Source: Moniliella sp. 'wahieum'
Lineage: Eukaryota
NCBI GenBank assembly: GCA_003971905.1
Contig: RSEE01000006.1
Coordinates: forward strand, 310,001 to 374,000
Length of the DNA: 64,000 nucleotides
Direction: 5' to 3'
The position numbers were made by a program, and so were the translations under genes. Of this stretch, positions 49,266 through 62,547 are shown piece after piece. Under the pieces are notes generated by a model that was given only the letters and a program-made list of their open reading frames with translations, did not search any database and had not been told where the DNA came from. Position 1 is the first letter of the stretch, and every line of letters starts with the position of its first letter.

Positions 49266-50431
49266 TCAAATTGCTGCTGGTGAGAGCAAGAGCGGGACGG
49301 GTTTGGGTGGCAAGAGGGCGCCAAAGCGAGCAAGACAGTCAGCCGCTTCATTGCCCACATCGCCCGCATGCCCTTTGACATAGACCAGCTCGGGTTGGCG
49401 TTTTTTCATCATCCCCAGGATCCAGCGCAGAAGATCTTGGTTTTGCACCTCATTGCCATCGGCCGTCCTCCACCCGCGCCGCTCCCACGCAGAAGACCAC
49501 TGGGTCAGCGCCTTGATCGCATATTGACTGTCGGTATGAATCCGTACGTCCACCGACAAGGGAGCCTCTCACACACCCGCCCAATCGCCATCAACTCGCC
49601 GCGGTTGTTGGTCTGCAGACCTTCAAGCCGCCCAGCCTCGGTTAGCCCCACATACTCTGACGTCGAGGGGAAGTAGACCCCCCACCCGGCGCGCGCGCTT
49701 TGCTTCCCATTCGACAGACTCGACCCGTCACACCACACATTTACCTTTCCTGCCCGTTCCGCCTCGGGTTCCCGGCCGCTAAATCGCTGCAAAATCGAAC
49801 GTAGATGGGCAGGGAAGCGCAACAAGTCAGAGTCTGGTTGAGGCGGAGCGCGCACCGGGGCAGGCAGGACCACGTCGTCCGGCAGAATGATGGTAGACCG
49901 GGCGGCGGGCTTGGCCTGGTCCTGACCCTGGCCCTGGGGGGGGAATACTTGGCGTGTCGAAGGAGGGCTGGGCCGTACCCAGGCCTGTGCTTCGGCATCC
50001 TGGCCGAGCTGGAACTTGCGAAACTTGGCTCCCGGGTACGACCGTACAAGCGGCTCCACCTCCGACCACGACGTAAACACACCCGTCTGGCGACCGGACT
50101 TGACGGCATACAGGGCTTGCGGCGGGTTAGGACGTAGCTTCTTCGCAGCTGGTCCCTCGGACGAGGGCGGCGGTGGGGATCGAGCAGGGAGGGAAGACGA
50201 TGCGGAGGATGGGCCAACTGCGTCGACCCAGCGCTGGGCTTGGTCGGCTGAGCTGGCGGGGAATTTGCGATGGACCGCGCCGGGGAAGCCCTTGGTGGCC
50301 TGTTCGGCTTCGGCCCAGGTGGGGAAAACGCCGCATTGGCGTCCTCGCTTGACTGCGTACACGTACTGTTGCTTGGCCATCGGGACAGAAGACAAGGGGA
50401 GGGCAGTGGCCAGACGCGCCAGGTAGGACAT
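49266..50431 (-). CDS. RNH1: Ribonuclease H1 with two N-terminal hybrid-binding domains
   Basis: YAVKRGRQCGVFPTW..GFPGAVHRKF and YAVKSGRQTGVFTSW..YPGAKFRKF; VWCDGSSLSNG, QTNNRGELMAI, IHTDSQYAI, VKGHAGDVGNEAAD. Confidence 0.95.
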
Positions 50432-51559
50432 GCACCCTTGGGCGCTTCAACAACAATCCACGTCTGTCTCGGGATGGTGAAAGCAGAAGATCCGCGGAAC
50501 TCCAATCTCCACTCCTTTGGCTAATCCCGAGGGAGGTTAATTAAATGAACCGGACACAGGGCGCTCCTAATCGGTAATCTTTCATTTTCCTCGGCCCAGT
50601 TGGGCGGCCTGAGCCACAGATGGGCGAGCTGGCCATTTTTTTGGTATCGACCATCGTCGTGAGGCCTGAGGTGTTGGGGAGTTTCGGGTGGAAGAGCTGC
50701 CACCAGGGGGGGCAGATGGAAGGCAATGTGTCAGACTCACGCCGTGCTAGGGGCCCCTTGGCCACTAGACCCGTATGGGCACTATGGCGTGATTCTTATC
50801 AGTTGGGAGATCCTGTGTCCACCTCTCGACTGTGCCCCCTTCCTGAGGAGGTACATATACCTCCTCTGCGTCCATAGATGTATGCAATCCATCTGCGCCC
50901 TTTCCCCCATCTCCGTATCCTGACACAATGGCACAGGATCGGGCCGCTTGCCACATTGGAAAGTCCAAGCACACATGGCAGCCATTTACTCTGTTGCGTC
51001 TGTCGAGGACGACGTGTGTTCTCCACGGGCGCGGACAAGGAAAGGGACAGTTCCCAGGCCTACTTCCGTTGCAAAACCGTAGACTGTATGCGCCTAGGGG
51101 ACAACGTTTGGTGATGATGCCGATGACGCTCGTACGAAGGAGAGACGTATAACGATGCCCGGGGCGAGAATCTGGGTTACAAGGGCCGATCGTCTCTAAG
51201 CGCTGAGATTGGGACAGGGCTTGGTGTGAGAAAATTGGACTGGGCCCGTACGTTGATGAATAGCAAGGAGAGGGGAATCATGAACTTGTCATAGTTGCGG
51301 TGCACAGAAAAGTACAATAAATAGCGGGGATTCGATGAGGAGATGGGAATAGGGAAGGGGAAACCAGGCCGTTGGATGCCAGTATGCAAGGTGAAAACAA
51401 CGCCGCGCGTATTGGTTGTGTGGGCACCAGTACAAATGCAATATGCATACTGACAGAACGATGCACAGAAAAGGGGAAAGGAGCAAGGGGGGGGGAAGAT
51501 TAAGGAAGAGGAAAAGGGAGTCAAAAGGCAAAGGGGGAAAATGGGACCTAGAACGGCAA

Positions 51560-52710
51560 GCCTACAAAAAGGAACGGCCAAAGTTCCCTCCAGCTGTCAC
51601 CGGAGAGGGCACCTCTAAGACTGCCGAATGGACCAGGTTGATGGTCTTGAGTGCGTTCCTGCGATGCACGGCTGTAGTAATGGAGATCTCTGAGGCGCTT
51701 GGGAGATGAGCTCAATGTTGATCTGCTCGTCGGCCAGTGTGGTAAACATCTTGCCTGCCACACCGATCATGTTCCGCATTTCTTTCCCAATCGGCGAGAC
51801 AAGTGTCATGTCCCGGATAAGCGATACTGTCCCAACCGGGATCATCACTTCTTTGATTTGGAGCAGTGATGGTTGGAAGCACTGACGGCCATCCAGATAT
51901 GCATCATGGAGGTGGCGATCAAATCGACCGGGACGCCGTACCTGTTCAATACACTGAAAATACGTGCGTAAAAGTCGGACGCCATCACCCCTCCTTGTGT
52001 CCAGACCGCTGGGAACAGGTGCGGACCCAGAACCAAGCACGGCGTGTGAAGGCATCTGTGCCCCGATGACCAAAGGCTTACTAGGCTGGTCGATGCTCAT
52101 CAAATGTGGGCACAATGACAGCCCCTTCTGTCCCATGATTCATGATGTTTTGATCCGGATCGGGATGGTTTCGCGGATCGCCTGCTCCATAGTGAAAGGA
52201 TGAATGCCCTCCGAGCCGTAATGTGTAAGCTCAGCCGCCTCTTCAGGAGAGATAGCGGGAATGACACGGGCAGAGGGCACCTTGCGAGGATCGGCAGTAA
52301 ACACTCCGTCCACTTCCTTTCTAAATCTGCAGCTCCTCTGCCGCCACTCCCACTGCACACAGAGCGCCGCACAAAGATCAGTGTACCTGTGCCCGACTTG
52401 GTCCAGGATCGACTCGGGGACCGAACCAAAGGATCCAGTGACGACCGGGACGTGGTCGAGTGGCACAGCGTGCAGAACATCGCCTAGCCGGTGAGCCAGG
52501 TGGGAGTAGAAGAAGTGGTTCAGGACGGGGGCGTCAGCGCTAACCCCGGCTTGCTCCAAAAGCGTCGCATCAACCACATTCTCCAGAGTGACCAGTGTGC
52601 TGGGAGTGCCCTGTTCCTCTAGCGCACTTGCGACCGTCCGGCACGACATGCGTTCGCCCAGACCTAAAATCGAGTCCTTGGTGCGTGGGGAGGTCTCATC
52701 GATGATGTGA
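51560..52710 (-). pseudogene. HOM3: Truncated, degenerate aspartate kinase
   Basis: IIDETSPRTKDSILGLGERMS, KEVDGVFTADPRKVP, HPFTMEQAI, ACT domain GKEMRNMIGVAGKMFTTLA..INIELISQ. N-terminal KFGG region absent, TAG at the conserved Trp, altered motifs. Confidence 0.75.
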
Positions 52711-52997
52711 GTGAATGGTGATGTTAGCTAGTACCCTCAGGCCGCCTCAAGGGGTGTAGGGAGGAAAGAGGGCGGCGGTGGGGATCGGAGAATTAAGGAG
52801 TGGGCACGCTCGTGTGCGCCGGCTGAGGTAAGCAGGTGGGTGGTGGGTGGGTGGTGTTGCTCCTGTCTCTGGCGCGTCTCAGCTGCGGGCGGAGCGTGGC
52901 GGAATTTACATTTTTCCTCTCCCCGTAGAACGAATGGGCCAACCACACCGCCCCCCTCCTGCCTCCTCCCTCCCACCGCCCGCCGCCCGCATTCAGC

Positions 52998-55900
52998 ATG
53001 GACCCGGCGCAGCAGCTCGCCACCCTCTTCCAGGCCACCCTCTCTCCCGAGCTCGCTGTCCGCAAGGACGCCGAGACCCAGCTCGCCGCTGCCCAGAAGA
53101 CACCTGGGTACGCTCCCCTCGCCCCCACCCTGGTAGCCACCGACCAGCTCCCCCTGCTGTGCGCCTGGCCGCCGCCACCAACGTCAAGAACCTCGCCCGT
53201 TCCGGATGGGTCGCCACGGACGACTTTGAACAGGTCGTTCCCGACTCGGACAAGCCACAGGTGCGCACCCAAAGCCTTGCTGTCCTCTGCAAGTCGCCGC
53301 CACCTCGGCCTCTCCTCCTCAGCCTCCGTAGCCAGCTCGCCGAACTCGTTGCCCAGGTTGCCGATCACGCTTCCCGATGCTGGCCCGAGCTTCTTGACGA
53401 GCTCGTTTCCCGCCTCACTGATCCGGACCAGGGCATTCTCTCTTCTGTCCTCAACACCGCCACACCATCTTCCGCAAGTGGCGCGCTGCCTTCCGCTCTG
53501 ACGCCCTTTGGTCCGAAAACACTTGTCCTTGCCAAGTTCAATCCTCCTTCCTTGAATTGCTTCGCAAGACCGACGAGGCCCTACCAATCCCTCACTCCAC
53601 CCGCCCAGGTTCCCGCTCTGGCCAACGCCCTCAGTCTGGAGATCTCTCTTTTCTACGACTTGAGCGCCCAGACCTTCCACCCGCGTTCGAGGACAATCTC
53701 TCCACTCTCATGTTCCACTCCTTCTTCGCTGGCTACGTTTCTCACGGCCAGAATTGGGGGTTGATGCTGACGACTCTTCGGATGAGGCTGGGCCACTAGA
53801 GAAGATTCGCGCCGGGATCTGTGAGGTAGCCGAGCTCTATTGCCAGCGCTTCCTGGATGTATTTGAGGAGGCACGTGCCACCGCTGATTGAGCAGTGTGG
53901 GAAATGCTCTCTTCAACCGGACCGGGGGAGAGATACGACCTGCTGGTGGCCAAGGCCATTGGCTTGCTCTCTACTGTCGTCCGCATGGGTAACAACAACG
54001 CCATGTTCTCCTCTTCTGATGCCCTGCAGCAGTTGACGCAGTCCATCATTCTCCCCAATGCTCAGCTGCGCGAGGCAGACGAAGAGTTGTTGAGGACAAC
54101 CCGATGGAGTACATTCGTCGTGATCTCGATGCAGGCACAGCGGCCGCCACCGCTGTGGGTGCCTCCGGTGCAGGGGATACGTCAGATACTCGTCGCACCG
54201 CCGCGTGGGCTTTACCCGTGCTCTTTTGCACAAGTTCCCAGAAACCATGACGGGCATCATCGAGGGCCACATTGCCCAGTACTTGAGTACCTATGCTGCG
54301 GACCCCGTTACCAATTGGAAACAGAAAGATACCGCCCTCTACCTTTTGACTGGTGTGGCGATCGAAGGTGCCACACGCCAGGGGGGCGTGAACAGCGTCA
54401 ACACCCTCGTCGATGTGGTCCAATTTTTCTCTACCAATGTGTATCTGACCTTGAGGCCGCTCCCGGCTCCGTCCATCCTATTCTCCAAGTCGATGCGATC
54501 AAGTTCCTCTACACCTTCCGCAACCAAACTCACCAGCCCCAACTCCTTTCGGTGTGCCCCTCTTGGTCCCACATCTCCAATCCAGTCGTACGTGACAGTC
54601 TCCTATGCTGCCATCTCGATCGAGCGGATCTTGTTATGAAGCAGCCTCTCCTGCTGGTCTGCGGCCGCCGCAATGGGCACCTCGGCCTCGGCCGGGGCAG
54701 CAAGTGCGGCCACTGGTTCCGACCCCCGCTGTTCACGGCGGCGGAAGGTTCAGCCATTTGTGGAGCGCATCTTGATGGCTTGTTTCCATACCATCCTTTC
54801 CGGCGGCACCCCCGAAAAGATTGCGGAAAACGATTCTGATGAAGTGTGTCATGCCTCATCCTCACCGCTCGCACACCCTCACGCCGTTTGCCACACCCAT
54901 TTTGGGCCAACTGACAGCCATCTTGGTGGAAGTAGCCAAGAACCCGTCCAACCCCCGGTTCAACCAGTTCCTCTTTGAGTCCATTGCCGCCCTCGTGCGC
55001 TTTGTCACCACCAGTGCTGGCGACGAGGTTGCCGCCCGGCTGGCCCCTGAGCAGTCCCTTTTCCTCCCTTTACCACCATCCTCCAAAATGATGCCGCCGA
55101 ATTGTACCCTACGTGTTCCAAGTCCTGGCGCAGATCTGGAACTGCACCCGGCCTCGGCATCCGGTCTGCCCAGCTCTTACCAAGAGCTTGTCCCTCCGCT
55201 TCTTCGCCCGCCCTGGGGAGCAACGCGGTAATGTCCTGCTCGTCGTAGTCTTTTCCAGGCGTTCCTTGCAATTGGCGCCCAATCGTTTGTCGCCAACAAC
55301 AGGTGGTGAACCTGATGGCATCTACCAACGGCTCATCACCTCGCGTGCTCTCGACACGCATGGCTTTGACCTGCTCCTTGCCATCCTCCGGTATTTGCCT
55401 GAGTACGTCTCCCCCAATCCCCGCATACCCCTACCTGTTCTTGTACTGACCACCCGGATTGCAGCAACGTGCTTACGCCGCTCAAGAAACCCGCGTTCCT
55501 ACTCATCCTCCAGCGGCTGCAGACGGCGCGGACAGACAAGTTTACCCATGCGTTTATTGGGTTTATTGGTGGGCTGGCCTGTCTGCCGGCGCCGTACCCA
55601 GGCGCCGTGATCAGCGCGGTGGACGAGGTGCAGGCCGGTATTTTTGCTCAGCTCTTGTCGGGCATTATTGTTCCCAGCCTTCCACAGCTCCCGGCGTACC
55701 AACAACGCCAGGCGCTCACAGGTATCGCCCGGCTGCTCAAGGAACCTGCCATGCTCGCACCCCCGCTCCTCTCGGTCACCCCAGCCCTGGCGCGCTCACT
55801 TGCTCAGACCGTCACGTCGGTGCCGCCGCTGCCAGAAGGGGAGGATGAGGCGATGCACATGCTCGATCTCGAGGAGGGCGGGTTCCAAGCATCGTTCACC

Positions 55901-56056
55901 AAGCTTGCTGCTGCCCAAGCTCCAGTTCGGCTCACCGACTTGGCCTCGCTCCCACTTGCCGAAGCTAACACTACGTCGGTCCAAACGTTTGTTCAGGCTG
56001 CGCTGCAGCACCTTGCCGCCCATGCCCCGGCCGAGGTCAAGGCGGCCCTAGTGTAA
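52998..56056 (+). CDS. CSE1: Importin-alpha export receptor Cse1/exportin-2
   Basis: LFQATLSP..RKDAETQL, FYDLSAQ, IILPNAQLREADEELF, NWKQKDTALYL, HPILQVDAIKFLYTFRNQ, SYAAISIERIL, KNPSNPRFNQFLFESIAALVRF. Intron near 55400-55465. Confidence 0.93.
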
Positions 56057-56477
56057 CTTCATTTTCGTTTTCGTTGGAGCTCTCCCCTTTACCTAGTATG
56101 ATCTTCCTTCCAATTTACTCCTGCATGTGTCTCCCCCCACGGTCTTCTTCTCTCAGCTATGGCAACTGGAGATCGTTTGGGTGTTCGCGTCTAACCCCCA
56201 TAGTACCACTTCCCACCTAGGTTCATGAAACGAAAGAGAGAATATGCTGGTACACGGTGGTGGAATCCAGCTGAGCAGACTCCATTGCAATGTTCAATCC
56301 TGGCGCGCTCGGGAGTGTTGATTACGTTGATTGATTGTTGAACTGGTCACCAGTCACCGATCAGGTGCTCGCATGCGTTTTCGTCAAGTGAGCCACAACC
56401 TAACCAGTAAGAGCAACGTGGTATCAATAGCACCCCCCGCCCATCGTCCATCGTCCAGCGCCACCCCCACCGCCCCC

Positions 56478-57525
56478 ATGTCCCTCTCCTCCTCCCGCCC
56501 ACAGACACCCATCCGCCGCATCTCCCGCGGCAGCATTGGTGCGTCCCCAGGCGCAAGCACCGGCGCCTCCTCCGTTCTTCCCCCCGCGCTCGCCCACCTG
56601 GACCAGGCACTAGGCCTGCTCGGCGATGAGACCAATACCCTCGAGGCCAACCTGGCTGCGTGGCAGGGGATTGGAGAGTCACTCAGTGTGTTTGGCGAGT
56701 CTTTCTCCGAGTTCCTATATGGCCTGCGCATGAATGCCTTCACGGTCGACTGGTCCGAGCGGCCGCTGCCGGATGCGGCGACAAGCGTGCAGGAACGCAA
56801 GCAGCTCCTCGCTTCCCTCGGTACCACGGCATCCAACCCATCTGCGACCGCTGCTGAGAGTACCATATCCTCCCATTCTCTCGCTGCCGACACGACCTAT
56901 GCCACAGCCGATGAGTCAGCTGTGACAGATGCTTCCTTTCCGCTCCCGCCACCGCCCACAGCGGCCGTGCCCAAACAAAGCACAGGACGAGCCGTGCCAT
57001 TCAAGGTAACCCAAATTGGCGCCCCCGCCGCATCGGGAACAGGCAAGCCAGGCAAGAGCGCACTCAAGAAGCCTTCGGCGCCGACCAAACCCAAGTTGAC
57101 ACCGGCAGAAAAGAAGCAACGCGAGGTACGTTGCCCCTATAGGTACTTTATTCGGCCTATTTGATGTGCTCTGACCGTGTTTCCCTCTGGTCTTCCCAGG
57201 CCTTTGTCACCGACACGATTGACCGCCTTCCCCTCGAATGCGCGGCTCGGACCCGGCGCTGACCAAAGTGGCCCAGACCACACTGGATGCATTGATCAAC
57301 GCCGGCGACGCAGGCTCCCATTGTACGTACTCGTGCCTCTCTTCTTTCGCGCTGAAAAAAATGCTAACCTATGTTGGTGGGTCCTAAGTGCCGGACCTGG
57401 TGTCGGCCACGAAACTGCCGCGCGTGCAAGTCAACAAGGCCCTCAATGCACTCGTTTTGGCCAAGCAAGTGGTCAAGGACCAAGATGCCGGTGGGGCGGT
57501 GTACGTGCTGAACGTGTTGCCTTGA
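56478..57525 (+). CDS. DAM1: DASH/Dam1 complex subunit Dam1, three exons
   Basis: RPQTPIRRISRGS; LGDETNTLEANL..IGESLSVFGESFSEFLYGLRMNAFTVDWSERP; introns start GTACGT at ~57126 and ~57323. Confidence 0.88.
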
Positions 57526-57761
57526 AGGGGTTGCGATTGGCGTGTATATTATTGTACTTGTACTTCTGCCTGGTGACTATGTGTACATGATCGCGGGTTC
57601 ACCCAAACAGAGTCGTGCAGGCAGGTGAGAGACAGCGGGGAACCGACCTGGTCATGGCCCAGGACCAGTCATGCAAATTACGATGAAAGCGCGAAGAACG
57701 AGAATGGCAGGGGAACATGCAGGAAGACCAAGGGCATGGCTTGTTGCGACCATGGACCCGA

Positions 57762-59559
57762 CTAGGCCTGCTCGGGGAGGGGCGCAGAGCTACCCGCTTG
57801 GACTTGGCGTGCCTCCTGTTGAGAATCAGCAGCCGCCTTGCTCATTGCCTCGATCCACACTTCTGTCGGGATCGGTCGCGCGACCGAGGAAACATGTCGG
57901 GCCAGAGCCAACACAGGCAACCGACGTAACAACCGCCCCGAAAGACCTTTGGTCTGGCGGGCCAGTTGGGCCAAAAGAAAACTAGCCCTGTCCGGGCCAG
58001 TGGGTGACGTGAGCATGGATGCGACGGGCCATTGCAACAGTGGCTGCGAACAGAGAGGGTCAGCAAACTCACGCAAGCCGCACGCCAGCTGATGGAGCGG
58101 GGAGGAGAAACGTACAACGTGTGTGGCCATGCCCTTGGCCATCAACTCCTCCAGACAAGTGCGCTGGATCCAATAGATGGCTTCCGAGGAAGGAAGACCA
58201 ATGTATTGTTTAATGTCGGCTCGATCCATGAAGGCCGAATCTGCAGAGAACGAGATCAGTAAGCCGTTTCAGTTCACGTTGGTTGAACCCCCCCACCAGA
58301 AAAGTCCACATACCCATCGCCTCCGAAATGTTGGAAGTGGTCATGACGAGAACATTCTTGTGGTGCTTGAGCTTGTCCAGCTGCGTGAGCACCGCATTGA
58401 CCACCCGTACTGCGTCGGAGGGTTCAAGGCCGCCCAAGGAAGCAGACCGTGCGGTCGCCAAACTTTCCACCTCATCTGAGAAAGGGTACGTGTGAGTATG
58501 AATTCGGATGAAGAGGACCGATGCGTACCAATCAAGATCACAACAAACGCGTCCTCTTGTTCCACCAGTTCCAGAATCATGGAAAACAGTCGCTGCACCA
58601 ACTTGCCCGACTCGGAAAACCATTTGGAAAAGAGCGAGTGGGAGTTGATCTCAACCAGTTGGGTGCTGGCATACTTGGTTCCCAATCGGATCGCGAGCTT
58701 TTGCGCCAAAGCCTTACACAGACTCGTCTTGCCCGTGCCGGGTGGACCATGGAGCAACACGAGACTGACCAAAACGGATGTGAGCGGGCTGTAAAAAGAG
58801 GGAAGAGAAAATGGACCACGTACCGATTCCAAGCGATGATATCAGCGTCAATGCCGCATTCGGACAGTTCAATGGTCGAGTAAATATACTGGAGCAACCG
58901 TTGCTTCACATCATCGTCGTAGATTAAACTAGCCCCCCCACCATGGTCAGAAAAAATAACCGGGAGAAAGAGAAAATCAAGAAAAGAAACGTACTTGCGC
59001 CACAAGCCATCGTACTCTTTTCGTGGCAAGGCGGCTGTGCTGGCGGCCGTGACGGGCTCCTCCTCGCCTTCCTCGTCTCCACCGACAGTAAACTCTTCGA
59101 TCGCATCCGGAACGAGCTTGTACAAATGAACGTGAACATGGATCTGGCTGAGAGTGACAGTGGGCTGCCCGTTGGCTAAAGAAGAGACACATGTTAGTAG
59201 GGATGCGCAAAATGGACGCGGAGGCGGAGGCGGACGTGGACCCAGTCCAAAAAAGACGCACAGCATTCACCGACGGCAATCATTTCAACGTTGGAAGCAA
59301 GCGTTGGATCTTCCTTCCATCCGGGAAGCTCCGCATTGCATGTTATGGACGGCATGTAACGCGCCAAGTATTGGTCGAGGGCAGTGACGAGAAGGTGGCT
59401 GGCGACACGCGCGTCGTAACGCAGCCGCACCTCGACTGGAGCGGATAGCAAGCCATATGGTCAGTAAACCGGACAGAAATGTGCCGATTACGATTACTAC
59501 GCACCATGAAGTACATCCACTGCAACATGAGCATCGGATGTCAGTGCCAGCTCGCCCAT
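57762..59559 (-). CDS. PCH2: Pachytene checkpoint AAA+ ATPase Pch2/TRIP13, multi-exon
   Basis: [106 protein letters not shown]. Confidence 0.96.
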
Positions 59560-59911
59560 GCCACGAGCGGTAGTGGTGGTAGTGGTGGTGGTGGTTGAGT
59601 TGGACTGGCCGCTTGTCCGAAGCGCCACGGCCCAAAGTCAACATGCACCACACCAGACATCACGTGACGCTGAGGAACACGTCCACCGCGAATGGTGTTA
59701 CGTAATAACCTGCCAGCCCGTTGCTCTGAGCGGCAGCAAAAAAGGTCCAGCTGCTCTGGCGGTTGTTCCGCTTGCTCTGGCGCGTCCGGGGAAGTACGAG
59801 GATCGTGACATCAACGCCACCTTCGGACGATTATCGATTATCTATGCCAAGGCTGCCTAGCGCAACACGCAGTATAAGAGCAGGAGTAGATGTAGTTCCT
59901 ATGGTCACCGG

Positions 59912-62547
59912 TCACCTTGGCAACGCCTGCCCAGCGAAACTTTCAATCCTAGTCCTTCGAGAGAGTGTAATTTTTCCTTGAAGCATGTGAACAAGCGGCC
60001 TGCTGGAAAGACTGAATGATGGACAGAAAGAGAACCACCTTCCTGAGTCCTGAGGGAGGTAGTCAGACGAAGAGGACAAAGGAGGATATGTAGAGTGAGC
60101 ATCAACGCCATGGAAAAGACCAGAAAGGTACCATGATGACTTGGCAGCCTCAAACGCGATCGAGCGATGCGAGGGGGAAGAGAGGGGTTGAACACATATA
60201 GATAACGCGATAGGGGAACTGTTGTGAGTGGGGGTCCGTGTACACACGCAATTCCGTAAGGTAGGAGGAAACCTAGCGGAGCGCCGCCAGCGACGTTCGT
60301 GTCCGAATGCGTAACAACTTCTTTTTGGACGAATCTGGCGTCCCAAAAGAGGGGGGATGGGCAGGAAGATGGTCCGGAGGCAAAGTGGGAGAAGGAGTGA
60401 TGTATGGGTCCTTGCGTACCGATACGAGCGAAGCCAATGATGCCTTAGACCGCAGACGGGACCGTAGGCCACCCTTTTTGGATAGGGAGGGAGTCGTGGG
60501 AGTGGTACCCGTTCCGGGGGTGGGACTACGCACGTGCTCTTCTTGCCTGTGACTTGAGGATGCACTAGGCAGAAATCCATCCCGCGAATGTTTGGAGGCA
60601 GAGTGAGAACTGGTCGAAGCCGACGTAGGACTGAAAGGGCGGGTGGAGGCAGGGCGAATAAATGATGGGGGTGAGGTGGGGGCGACGCCGCGCCGCTTGG
60701 GTGACAAGAGAGAGAGAGACGAAGAGGTAGCCAGGTAAGATGTGTTGCTCATGCCAACACTCCAATCGTCTTGGAGCCTTGGATCCAACCGAGATGTGTT
60801 CTTGTTTTCACCGATGCAGTCGACCGAAGCCCGGGAAGGAACGTCCTCGGTAGCGGCTGTGCCTAATGCCCAAAGAGACGACACTTTGCGGAGTACCTTA
60901 GTCTGTACCTTTGAGGATACCGCTGACGACAAGAAGGGCGAGGCTGGAGGTGAGGGTCTTCCCTCTCGGTTCTCCACCGCCCCCTGCCCGTTTGGCACAG
61001 AAAGAAGAGTGGCAGTAATATTTCCTCCTGAAGAGTCAGAAGTGAAACCGATGTCAGAGTCACGAGATTGTGACGTTGGCCAAGGGCTGTCGTCTAGGGA
61101 GGAACCGATCGACCCGATTCCGGTATCGTTCGAGTACTGCGTCTCCAAAGAGTGCTGACTCTGTCGCACTTGGGGTGAGGGTCCCGTGGGTAGATCCCAA
61201 GGGGAACGCGACTCGTGTGGTGTCATCGACGCGCTGAATGACGGTGTGAATGTATGAGGCAAAAGAGTATCCCACTCCCCCAATCCGGCGCCTGACAAGC
61301 GAATACTGAGCCGAGGCGGTTGGTGAGCTTCGGCCCGGTGCAAATACACGTTGGATTTGAGCCTAGGAGGGGTAAGTAGGGGTCTGTGGGTTAATCTGGG
61401 CCCGCCCATGCGAGCTAATGCAGAGCTGTCGGTTCCCTTGTCGGAAAGGAAAGTGCTTGATTCGTTGCGAGGAAGATCCGAAGCCGGCTCCGTTGCAATG
61501 GTTGAGGTTGTGGTGGAAGCACGGGATGCGGGCCTGCCTGATGAGTGAATAGAAGAACCCCAGCTTCGTACCTCTGCTAATTCAGTGGCGGGAATACAGG
61601 AGTTAGAATCCGCCAAGTAACAAGAAAAGTACCACAAGAATAAGTACATACGCTTGGCCTCGGACCTAAATGAACCGTGTGGGGGGGGCAAAAGAGATGG
61701 AGGGGCCGTGGGCGTTGTAGGCGAGCCGGGTATTGTTGTAGGAAGCAGATCAGATTGAGCGGAAATACTAGAGGCGGTTTCCACGGACGTGTCGCTCACT
61801 CGAAAGGAACTTGATCCATAGGGGGGAATGGATGCCGCGCTGACCCATGGCGATGGTGAAGAGAAAGATGACGGCCCCAAGACAGCATCGAGCTTAAGGA
61901 TACTGTCGCGTTCACCACGACAAGCAAATGACATGGGCGATGACGACGCATCCCGATTGGGCATATTGTGGGATGTCGTCGTGTGTTGGGCTCTGAGGCA
62001 GGCCAATGAGTGTGTCCAGCATCTCCTCTTGACCATCCGATTCATCCCACCGCGGTAGAGGATGTGGGTTTGGACGGGGAAAGGTGTGGACCAGGTCTGA
62101 GAGGAAGTTAGCAGAGCGAGACCGCATGCTTCCAGGAGTTGTGGCAGATGGCGGTTTGGCACTTGAGGGTGCGCTGCTGGTAGTCGTAGTTGGGAGCGGG
62201 TGTGGTGATGTAGGGCGATGACGAGGCGAGGATGGAAGGACGAGAGTAGCGAAGGATTTGAGGGCGCCAGGAGAGGGAGCCAGCCGACTGCCTTCGTCCG
62301 TCGCGGAAAGGACAGCCAGAGGCGGCAAGGGGGTATTATGGCCGGCGCCACTTTGCCACCGCGGTTGTTGCGCTGCCGTGACGAAGGTGTTGGTTTCCTC
62401 CTCCGTGTGGGCTGGAGACGAAGGCAGAGGCCGGGCCGGGGACAAGGGCCTGACGCGCTCCATTGGAATGGAGGTGGGGGGGCAGGGGGTGGTGGTGGCG
62501 CTCCAAGATTCGAACGAGGGAACCGAGTGGGTAGGCTGGACAACCAT
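59912..62547 (-). CDS. Hypothetical Ser/Pro-rich, largely disordered protein
   Basis: ATG 62547 (MVVQPTHS...) ORF overlaps a 756-codon ORF 60273-62543. No domain recognised; 3' end uncertain. Confidence 0.55.

Noticed and set aside
49266..50431. RNase H as a retrotransposon remnant
   Set aside because: It has two hybrid-binding domains typical of cellular RNase H1, and no RT, integrase or LTRs are nearby.
50520..51200. Possible small gene between RNH1 and the HOM3 relic
   Set aside because: Only short ORFs without recognisable similarity.
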